Below are positions 48,604 to 58,171 of a DNA stretch of 64,000 nucleotides, piece by piece. The notes below the pieces were generated by a model. The model searched no databases. It saw nothing but the letters and a program-made list of their open reading frames with translations, and was not told the DNA's origin. Position 1 is the first letter of the stretch, and every line of letters starts with the position of its first letter. This stretch comes from Eubacteriales bacterium (GTDB lineage Bacteria; Bacillota; Clostridia; Oscillospirales; CAG-272), in NCBI GenBank assembly GCA_045587385.1, contig JAZNCE010000120.1:45085-109084 (forward strand). Direction: 5' to 3'. Made by a program: the position numbers and the translations under genes.

Positions 48604-48632
48604 ATTATACCAAATACAAGCGCAAATGTCAA
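48604..48632 (-). promoter_or_regulatory. consensus sigma-70 promoter (TTGACA-17-TATAAT) for the P3-P2-P1-fucosidase operon
   Basis: On the minus strand, -35 is at 48632-48627, the spacer is 17 nt, and -10 is at 48609-48604. Confidence 0.65.
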
Positions 48633-48640
48633 CAAATCGC

Positions 48641-48678
48641 AACAAAAAGAGATGCCCCGACGGAAATTCCGTCGGGGC
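48641..48678 (-). terminator. rho-independent terminator after anti-sigma 3
   Basis: Stem GCCCCGACGG / CCGTCGGGGC, followed on the minus strand by ATCTCTTTTTGTT. Confidence 0.75.
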
Positions 48679-48691
48679 TTGCGTATGTCGT

Positions 48692-51024
<2,333 letters not shown>

Positions 51025-51028
<4 letters not shown>

Positions 51029-51609
51029 ACCGTGTAGCCCTCCTTTTCCAGTGCACTTTTCAAGGAAGTCCTGATGTAGGCAACGTCTGCATTGACAGTA
51101 GAGCGGGCAACGCCAAGCACCTGCGCGATCTCGTCAAGAGGTTGCGCATCGTAATAACGGGCAAAGAATACGTATCTCTTTCGTTCGTCCAGCGTGCGCA
51201 GCCATGCGCTGATCACCTCGGCAAGCTGCGCTGCATCACTTTCGGTGTAATCATCGCCATCCTCAAGGGCATATCCCTGCAGATCCTCAAAGGATGCAAC
51301 AAAGCATGGCGGTATGCTCTTTTTGCGGTGCTTTTGACGGTAACGGTCAATTGCCTGATTACGCATGATGCTGCCAACAAATGCTTGCAGCACGCGCGGA
51401 CGTTTGGGCGGAATGGCATTCCACGTGTCTAAATAGGTATCGTTGAGGCATTCCTCACTGTCCTGCATATCCTGCAGGATATTATATGCTGTTTTGAGCA
51501 GATAGCTGCGATATTTGATGTCCGTATGCTTGATCGCGGCTTCATCCCGCGCCCAATACAGCTCAATGATCGCTTCATCGCTGAGCATATAGCTGTTTTC
51601 TTGCTTCAT
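51025..51609 (-). CDS. sigma-70 family (ECF-like) RNA polymerase sigma factor, paralog 3
   Basis: 194 aa: LYWARDEAAIKH...DSEECLNDTYLDTW, HTH LDEIAQVLGVARSTVNADV. Confidence 0.85.
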
Positions 51610-51693
51610 AATGCTTCTCCTTTATATGTCCTTCACCTATATAGACGATGATTTGTCGGGAAACGTCCGACGTTTTTTGAAAATTTTTCAAAA

Positions 51694-51717
51694 AACGGGC
51701 GAAAAATTTCGCCCGTT
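51694..51717 (-). terminator. rho-independent terminator after asnS
   Basis: Stem AACGGGCGA / TCGCCCGTT, followed on the minus strand by TTTTTGAAAAA. Confidence 0.65.
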
Positions 51718-51728
51718 TCTGTTTTTGA

Positions 51729-53123
51729 TTAATATTCTGCGTTGCCAACCGTTCTGGGGTAAGGAATGACGTCGCGGATGTTGGAAACACCGGTCAAGTA
51801 CATGATAATACGCTCAAAGCCCAGACCGTAGCCTGCGTGCTTGGTGCCACCGTACTTGCGCAGGTTGACGTACCACCAGTAGTCCTCTTCCTTCAGGTTG
51901 CACTCTGCCATTCTTTCAAGCAGAACGTCCAGTCTCTCTTCTCTCTGGCTACCGCCGATGATCTCACCGACACCGGGAACCAGCAGGTCCATAGCGGCAA
52001 CGGTCTTGCCGTCGTCGTTGAGTCTCATATAGAAGGACTTGATCTCCTTGGGATAGTCAATGACGAATACGGGACAGCCGTAAACCTGCTCGGTCAGGTA
52101 TCTCTCGTGCTCGGTCTGCAGATCGCAGCCCCAGGATACGGGATACTTGAAGTCTGCGCCCGACTTGGACAGCAGCTCAACAGCCTCGGTATAGGTCACC
52201 TTCTTATATTCGCTCTTGGCAAGCGTGTTGAGTCTTTCCAGCAGGGTCTTATCCACAAAGCTGTTAAAGAAGTTGAGCTCGCGCTCGCAGTTTTTCAGCA
52301 CGTGCTTGATGATATACTGGATCATATCCCATGCAAGCTGCATGTTGTCGTTCAGATCGGCAAATGCGATCTCGGGCTCGATCATCCAGAACTCTGCCGC
52401 ATGACGCGCGGTGTTGGAGTTCTCTGCACGGAAGGTAGGACCAAAGGTATAAATGTTACCAAACGCCATAGCGTAGGTCTCGCCCTCCAGCTGACCCGAA
52501 ACGGTCAGGTTAGCGGACTTGCCAAAGAAGTCCTGCGAATAATCGATCTTGCCGTCCTCGGTCTTGGGCGGGTTCTCCATATCCATGGTAGTCACGCGGA
52601 ACATCTCGCCTGCGCCCTCGCAGTCGGATGCGGTGATCAGAGGGGTGTGTACGTATACGAATCCGCGCTCGTGGAAGAAGGTGTGGATTGCATAAGCAAC
52701 CTCGCTGCGTACGCGGAAAACTGCGGAGAACAGATTGGTTCTGGGACGCAGATATGCCTGCTCACGCAGATACTCCACGGTATGACGCTTCTTCTGCAGA
52801 GGGTAATCGGGAGTGGAGGTGCCTTCTACCTCAACGGAGATAGCCTTGATCTCAAAGGGCTGCTTCATTTCGGGAGTCAGCTCCACGGTACCGACAACGA
52901 CCAGCGATGCGCCAACGTTCTGCTTTGCAATCTCGGTATAATTGTCGATCTTATCTCTCTCAAAAACGATCTGTGCGCCGGTAAAGCAGCTACCGTCGTT
53001 GAGATCGATAAAGCCAAACGCCTTGCTATCACGAATGCTTCTTGCCCAACCGCCAAGCACGACCTGCTTGCCGGAGTAGGCTTCCATATCTTCATAAATG
53101 CTTCTGATCAGATCTCTTTTCAT
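51729..53123 (-). CDS. asnS: asparagine--tRNA ligase
   Basis: 464 aa with an OB-fold N-terminus ([21 protein letters not shown]) and class-II motifs (FRAENS, GLGFERI). Confidence 0.95.
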   Translation of the reverse strand: MKRDLIRSIYEDMEAYSGKQVVLGGWARSIRDSKAFGFIDLNDGSCFTGAQIVFERDKIDNYTEIAKQNVGASLVVVGTVELTPEMKQPFEIKAISVEVEGTSTPDYPLQKKRHTVEYLREQAYLRPRTNLFSAVFRVRSEVAYAIHTFFHERGFVYVHTPLITASDCEGAGEMFRVTTMDMENPPKTEDGKIDYSQDFFGKSANLTVSGQLEGETYAMAFGNIYTFGPTFRAENSNTARHAAEFWMIEPEIAFADLNDNMQLAWDMIQYIIKHVLKNCERELNFFNSFVDKTLLERLNTLAKSEYKKVTYTEAVELLSKSGADFKYPVSWGCDLQTEHERYLTEQVYGCPVFVIDYPKEIKSFYMRLNDDGKTVAAMDLLVPGVGEIIGGSQREERLDVLLERMAECNLKEEDYWWYVNLRKYGGTKHAGYGLGFERIIMYLTGVSNIRDVIPYPRTVGNAEY

Positions 53124-53145
53124 TTCTATTGCTCCTTGCTAATAA

Positions 53146-53877
53146 TTACTGTCCAAATCCGCCTAAAAGACCGCCAAGCTGTCCGTAACCGGGGATCATT
53201 TCCTCAAGAATGCCGTCCATGTATCCGTCATTCCCCTTCATGGCGTTATATACCGACTCGTAAATGGCATCGTATATCGCACCGCCAACAACCTCATTGA
53301 TGCGTTCCACAACGGAGTTTGCCACAGCCTCCGCGGTTTTATCTGCGATATAGTCGCGCAAATCGTCCGCATCATCCTCGGGCAGCTGCTCCTCGGTGGT
53401 CTCCTCATCTGTCGGCTGCTCGGTGGTCTGCTCGGTCTTTTCGAAGCGATCTTCGATCCAAGCCTTGATCAGCCCTTTGATAAACTCGGAGGTCGAGCTG
53501 CTGCCTATGTATAGATCCAACACCTCAGCGATGATCTTCTCATAGTCATAATCGCCGTTGCCAAGTCCGCCAAGCGAACCCAACAGATCCTCCACTATGC
53601 CGCCATATTCGGTGGTCACTTCCTCGGTGGTCGGCTCTTCGGTGGTTTGCTCGAACTTACCGATTGCTTCTAAGATCGACTCTGCCATCTGGTTCTTGAG
53701 ATCCTCGATCTCTTGATCGGAAAGCTCAGGTTCTGTCTCTATTTCCGTTTCTTTTTCGGTCTCGCGTTCTGTTTCCTTGGGGTCGTCTTTATTATCCTTG
53801 TCACCGCATGCGGCAAGCACGGACACAGTCATCAGCAACACAAGCAGCAATGCAACAAGTCTCAAATACTGTTTCAT
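53146..53877 (-). CDS. highly acidic Glu/Thr-rich lipoprotein of unknown function
   Basis: 243 aa with the lipobox LLMTVSVLAAC. It ends 22 nt before asnS, whose RBS follows directly. Confidence 0.55.
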   Translation of the reverse strand: MKQYLRLVALLLVLLMTVSVLAACGDKDNKDDPKETERETEKETEIETEPELSDQEIEDLKNQMAESILEAIGKFEQTTEEPTTEEVTTEYGGIVEDLLGSLGGLGNGDYDYEKIIAEVLDLYIGSSSTSEFIKGLIKAWIEDRFEKTEQTTEQPTDEETTEEQLPEDDADDLRDYIADKTAEAVANSVVERINEVVGGAIYDAIYESVYNAMKGNDGYMDGILEEMIPGYGQLGGLLGGFGQ

Positions 53878-53923
53878 ATGTTTGCTGTTCCTTTCTCTAT
53901 CAGGTATTTATAAAACACTAATC

Positions 53924-53952
53924 ATTATAACATTATTTATCCGTAATGTCAA
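53924..53952 (-). promoter_or_regulatory. consensus sigma-70 promoter (TTGACA-17-TATAAT) for the acidic lipoprotein-asnS unit
   Basis: On the minus strand, -35 is at 53952-53947, the spacer is 17 nt, and -10 is at 53929-53924. Confidence 0.65.
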
Positions 53953-53997
53953 CCTTTTTACAAAAATACAGTAATTTCCTTGCGTTTTTTCACGCGA

Positions 53998-54031
53998 AAA
54001 AAGCCTGTTCCCGATTGAGAAACAGGCTTTT
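53998..54031 (-). terminator. rho-independent terminator ending the long minus-strand operon
   Basis: Stem AAGCCTGTT / AACAGGCTT, followed on the minus strand by TTTTTTCG. Confidence 0.75.
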
Positions 54032-54035
54032 CGGT

Positions 54036-55991
54036 TTATTCATTGTATTCTATGATGACAGATACGGAGGTTGAGTCAAACGCGTTGCTCTTATTCATGT
54101 TAATGACCAAAGCAATGCGATCACCCTTTTTGACATCTATCTCCAACGCACCGTCAAATACTTCGCCCGGGGAAAGCAGCACGTAGCCGTCCTTGCCGTC
54201 AAGCAACGGTTCACCGTTCTTGAGGATGGCATACATCACACCGTCGCTCTGATCGGATACGATACTGAGTGTGGGCTTATACTGCATTACGCCGTCCACG
54301 GGTGCTTCAAACACCAGTGCAGCGTCGTAGGAATCCGGGTGCATGCTGCCTTTTGCAATCAAGGTAAATGCAGCCTTGCCCTGCCAGCGCGCATTTTGTG
54401 CGTCCCAGGTCATTTCGGTAAACTGGCCGCGCTTTTGATGGTAGCTCATATAATACCAGTTGCCTTTTCCCTGCTCTGTTGAAAAGCCGCTTGGGAATGC
54501 GTAAAAGCTGTTGGGCTGGTCGATCACCTTATCGGAAAGATCATCCTTGACCGTGATGTTGACAAACTCTCCATCCTTGGCAAGCGCGTAGTAGCTTGTG
54601 ATAAATGCACCGGGATTGCCCTTGCGCAAAAGATCCGTCAGCGAGATCTCCATAGCGGGCTCAGTCAGCGTGGTGTCAATCACCTCAGGAACGTTATTGC
54701 CAAACCACGTGTCAATCAGCTGCTTCCATACCCATTCATAATCGCGGTAGTTTTGGTCAATTTCCCAGTTTGCAATACTCAGATAGGTGCAACCGCGCGC
54801 ATACGCATCCATTCCCTGATCCAAATACTTCTCGGGCGTGGCACCGGTCTGTCGCGGTCCATCGATCTCCTGAGCAAGCATGATATGCGGTGCAAACGTA
54901 CCATTAGAATAATCCAAAGAAAATTCATGCTCGGTGTTGGGACCGTCATCAATCCAAACCACGTCGGCAAGCTCGGCAAGATCTGCTGCCGCCAGCGTAC
55001 CGCGAGAGAGAGAAGCAGCGTCATGAATTGCGCCAAATTGCAGCGCATACTTACTATCGGGGCTGATCTGCTTTTGCGCAACAGCCAGCGCGTCGATCAT
55101 TTGCTTGAGCTTTTGGTGGCGGAACTGATACCAAAGCTGACCGAGGTGATCGGATGCAACGGTAGACGGCGGCACAACCTGATCAAATGCGGTGTAATCC
55201 GTACCTGTTACTGCATTCAGCGCATGGATATCTGCAAATTTTTCCTGCAGAAATGCGTGGAACTGTGCTTTTGCAGGTTCGGAATAGTCATATTCCCCTG
55301 CGCACCAGTATTCACTTTCCGCATACTGCGAAAATGCGGGCAGATAGAACAGTACGTCGGATGCATACTTTGCCTCGTACCGCTCGACAGCTGCTGCATA
55401 AAATGCTACGGCGGCATTGACAGCACTTTCGGAACAGAATGAGATCATGGTGCGCATACCGTCGATAGAGCCACCCTTGCAAAGATTGCCGCTCGGATCG
55501 TACATCATCTGATCAAGTCCGATGATCTTATCGTCAGCACGGCGAGTCAGGTCAATGGAAATGGCAACCTTGAGCCCCTTTGTCTTGACCACGTATTCGA
55601 TCATGGGATCGAATGCAGAAAAATCATACTCGCCTGCCTTGGTGGATTCCATGCGGCTCCACGGAATATGCACCTTGATGGCATTAAATCCGGTCTCGGC
55701 AGCAGCATCCACAATGGATTCAAATTGCGCCTGCGACATGGGAGTAAAGTTCCAGATACGGTAGATAAAGTATCTCTCGCCTACGTTACGCGGATCATTC
55801 ACGACGGTTTCCTCCTGGGTGGTGTCTTCTTGCGCGTCTGTCGTTTGCTCGGGGTTCGCGGTAGTATCCTCTTGGGTGCTCTGCTCTTCACTCGATTGCT
55901 CGGGAAGCTGCTCGGACGGCGTTGTGGTGCACGCCACCGTGCCAAGGCAAAGCGCAAGCAGCAGCAAAAGTGCGATCTGTCTTACGTTCAT
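54036..55991 (-). CDS. secreted lipoprotein, putative clan GH-A glycosidase (GH42/35-like N-terminal TIM barrel)
   Basis: 651 aa with the lipobox LALCLGTVAC. The segment FNAIKVHIPWSRMESTKAGEYDFSAFDPMIEYV resembles the start of GH-A beta-galactosidase-type barrels. Confidence 0.5.
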   Translation of the reverse strand: MNVRQIALLLLLALCLGTVACTTTPSEQLPEQSSEEQSTQEDTTANPEQTTDAQEDTTQEETVVNDPRNVGERYFIYRIWNFTPMSQAQFESIVDAAAETGFNAIKVHIPWSRMESTKAGEYDFSAFDPMIEYVVKTKGLKVAISIDLTRRADDKIIGLDQMMYDPSGNLCKGGSIDGMRTMISFCSESAVNAAVAFYAAAVERYEAKYASDVLFYLPAFSQYAESEYWCAGEYDYSEPAKAQFHAFLQEKFADIHALNAVTGTDYTAFDQVVPPSTVASDHLGQLWYQFRHQKLKQMIDALAVAQKQISPDSKYALQFGAIHDAASLSRGTLAAADLAELADVVWIDDGPNTEHEFSLDYSNGTFAPHIMLAQEIDGPRQTGATPEKYLDQGMDAYARGCTYLSIANWEIDQNYRDYEWVWKQLIDTWFGNNVPEVIDTTLTEPAMEISLTDLLRKGNPGAFITSYYALAKDGEFVNITVKDDLSDKVIDQPNSFYAFPSGFSTEQGKGNWYYMSYHQKRGQFTEMTWDAQNARWQGKAAFTLIAKGSMHPDSYDAALVFEAPVDGVMQYKPTLSIVSDQSDGVMYAILKNGEPLLDGKDGYVLLSPGEVFDGALEIDVKKGDRIALVINMNKSNAFDSTSVSVIIEYNE

Positions 55992-56003
55992 AGCGTCTCC
56001 TTA

Positions 56004-56951
56004 TCAATAAAAGGTTGCGACCTCTTGGGTGGGCTTGGTGGCAAATTCGGTCTTTTCCGCGTAAAGCACGGGACCGGGTCTGCCGTAAAGCTTATGCTTT
56101 TCAATCTTGATCTTGGCGGTCACGACCGTCCAATCGCGGGTCTTGAAGTTGGTCGCTGTCGGGAAATAGCAGACAAGCGCGTTATATGCAATATCGTCTG
56201 CGCAGCAGGTCATAACGTGTCTGCCGATGACAAGTCCGTTCTTGCCCAGCGCGCGGTCACGCGCCACGATGCCCTTGAAGCGTACAGTCTTGCCGTCGTA
56301 CTTTTCTGTATCCTCCGCAAGATCGCGGTACCAAACGGCATAGTCCTCGTCCTTGATGTCAATGATGGGTGCATCAATATCAAAAGGCAGCGGATCTTCG
56401 ATCTCGTCGTATTCCACGTGTCCGTCCGGATAATCGTAGGTAATGGACGCGCGGGTGCTTACGCTGCGCACCACGCGATGGATCTCCTCTTTATCAATGA
56501 CCTCGGGTGTGCGGTTGAGCACGATCATTTCGCAATCCTGCAGCTTATCTACCATAAGCTGACGCATATTTGCATTGTAGGTCAAAAATGTCTTGGCGTC
56601 CGCAAACATCATGTTCTGGAAAATAAACCAGTCTGCGGGCAATGCGGCATACAGCTTGGAGAGCAGCCACATACCGTTATATTCGATGATCACGCGATCG
56701 ATCTTGTGCTTTTTGTAAAGCAGGGTCAGATAGTCACGCGTCAGCATTTCGGGATCGTCAAGCAACTCAAGATAGACGTTCTTGCCCCAGAATCGGTCAA
56801 GATCCAGCTCCTCAATGCCCTCTTCGCACATGATCAGCAGCGTTTTTTCACCCGAATTGAAGCGCTGATCCTCCATGGACTCCTGAATGATGTGCGTTTT
56901 GCCACCCTCCAAAAAGCCCGTGAAGACGTATACGGGAATTTTGTTTGCCAT
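56004..56951 (-). CDS. G3E/COG0523-like GTPase lacking the CxCC motif, with a C-terminal TCC-containing (DUF1980/YcgQ-C-like) domain
   Basis: 315 aa with Walker A TGFLEGGKTHI. It has no GCICC. The C-terminus reads RHVMTCCADDIAYNALVCYFP...WTVVTAKI. Confidence 0.55.
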   Translation of the reverse strand: MANKIPVYVFTGFLEGGKTHIIQESMEDQRFNSGEKTLLIMCEEGIEELDLDRFWGKNVYLELLDDPEMLTRDYLTLLYKKHKIDRVIIEYNGMWLLSKLYAALPADWFIFQNMMFADAKTFLTYNANMRQLMVDKLQDCEMIVLNRTPEVIDKEEIHRVVRSVSTRASITYDYPDGHVEYDEIEDPLPFDIDAPIIDIKDEDYAVWYRDLAEDTEKYDGKTVRFKGIVARDRALGKNGLVIGRHVMTCCADDIAYNALVCYFPTATNFKTRDWTVVTAKIKIEKHKLYGRPGPVLYAEKTEFATKPTQEVATFY

Positions 56952-56953
56952 GA

Positions 56954-58171
56954 TTATCCCTCCGAACGCTTGAGCGTGACACCCAGCAGCTCACCGATGG
57001 CATCAATATTCAAATTCGAGCCGATAACGCACAGTCTGCCGATAATGCCTGCTGCACCCGTGCGAATATCGGGCTCACCGGGAACGTAGTCAAAGTGGAT
57101 CCAGTTGCCCCCGTCCCCTGCTACGATGCCCTTTGCGCGCAGCACGATGCCATACTTGCCCTCGTCGCAAAGCTCGTCAAGCTGCTGTGCAAGTTTCTCT
57201 GCATTGAACTTTGCCGTGGTTTCCGCACCTGCGCTGACGAATACTTCGTCTGCGTGGTGGTGATGGTGATGACCGCCGCAGCCGCAGCTGCAGGTCTCGC
57301 CATGCTCGTGATGATGTTCATGTTCGTGTCCGTGTTCGTGATCATGATCATGACAACCGCAATCGCAGTGCTCGTCGTGATCATGGTGATGATGCTCATG
57401 CTCATGATCGTGGCAGCCGCAATCGCAGTGCTCGTCATGGTCATGATGATGGTGATGCTCGTGCTCATGCTCGTGATCGTGACAGCCGCACTCGCAGTGC
57501 TCGTCATGATCGTGGTGGTGATGATGCTCGTGCTCGTGGTGTGCGTGAGCCAGTCTTGCAAGCTCTGCCTCTAAGGTGTCCTTGCGCTCCATCGCCTCGA
57601 GCAGCTGCTCTGCGCTCAGAATATCCCAATCGGTTGTCACAATGGTTGCGGTTGCGTTGTGCTCACGCAGCATAGCAACGCACTCGGAAATCTTCTTTTC
57701 GCTTGCAGTACCGGTGTGAGAGAGTACGATACAGCCTGCGTTGGCAACCTGATCGTTAAAGAACTCACCGAAGTTCTTCATATACATTTTGCACTTGCCT
57801 GCATCCACAACGGTGGTGAACGCATTGAGCTCTGCACCCTCTACGTGCAAGTTCTGCACCGCTCTGATAACGTCGGACAGCTTGCCGACGCCCGAGGGCT
57901 CGATCAGAATTCTGTCGGGGGCGTACTGCTCCAGCACCTGCGTCAGCGCCTTGCCAAAGTCACCGACCAGCGAGCAGCAGATGCAGCCGGAATTCATTTC
58001 GTTGATCTGAATACCTGCCTCTGCAAGAAAGCCGCCGTCAATGCCGATCTCACCGAATTCGTTTTCGATCAGCACCAGCTTCTCGCCCGCATAAGCCTGC
58101 TCGATCATTTTTTTGATCAGCGTGGTCTTACCCGCGCCCAAAAAACCGGAAAAAATATCAATCTTGGTCAT
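56954..58171 (-). CDS. COG0523/CobW-family G3E GTPase metallochaperone with a giant His/Cys-rich repeat linker
   Basis: Start moved to the ATG at 58171 (MTKIDIFSGFLGAGKTTLI). It has the CxCC motif SGCICCS and a CobW_C-like end (GIVLRAKGIV...WIHFDYV). A 98-residue His/Cys tract lies between them. Confidence 0.8.
   Translation of the reverse strand: MTKIDIFSGFLGAGKTTLIKKMIEQAYAGEKLVLIENEFGEIGIDGGFLAEAGIQINEMNSGCICCSLVGDFGKALTQVLEQYAPDRILIEPSGVGKLSDVIRAVQNLHVEGAELNAFTTVVDAGKCKMYMKNFGEFFNDQVANAGCIVLSHTGTASEKKISECVAMLREHNATATIVTTDWDILSAEQLLEAMERKDTLEAELARLAHAHHEHEHHHHHDHDEHCECGCHDHEHEHEHHHHHDHDEHCDCGCHDHEHEHHHHDHDEHCDCGCHDHDHEHGHEHEHHHEHGETCSCGCGGHHHHHHADEVFVSAGAETTAKFNAEKLAQQLDELCDEGKYGIVLRAKGIVAGDGGNWIHFDYVPGEPDIRTGAAGIIGRLCVIGSNLNIDAIGELLGVTLKRSEG
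57254..57547 (-). repeat. coding tandem repeat (about 63-69 bp units, three copies plus a degenerate fourth) encoding HHHHDHDEHC(D/E)CGCHDHEHE
   Basis: The protein reads HHHHHDHDEHCECGCHDHEHEHE / HHHHHDHDEHCDCGCHDHEHE / HHHHDHDEHCDCGCHDHDHE..., then GETCSCGCGGHHHHHH. Confidence 0.85.

Noticed and set aside
57095-57574. Alternative-frame ORFs (159 aa plus, 146 aa minus) over the His-rich repeat, and the repeat itself as a possible CRISPR-like array
   Set aside because: The alternative frames give low-complexity VMM/TTS strings produced by the CAT/CAC/GAT-rich repeat. The repeat units are contiguous with no spacers and sit in frame inside a COG0523 gene, so this is not a CRISPR array.
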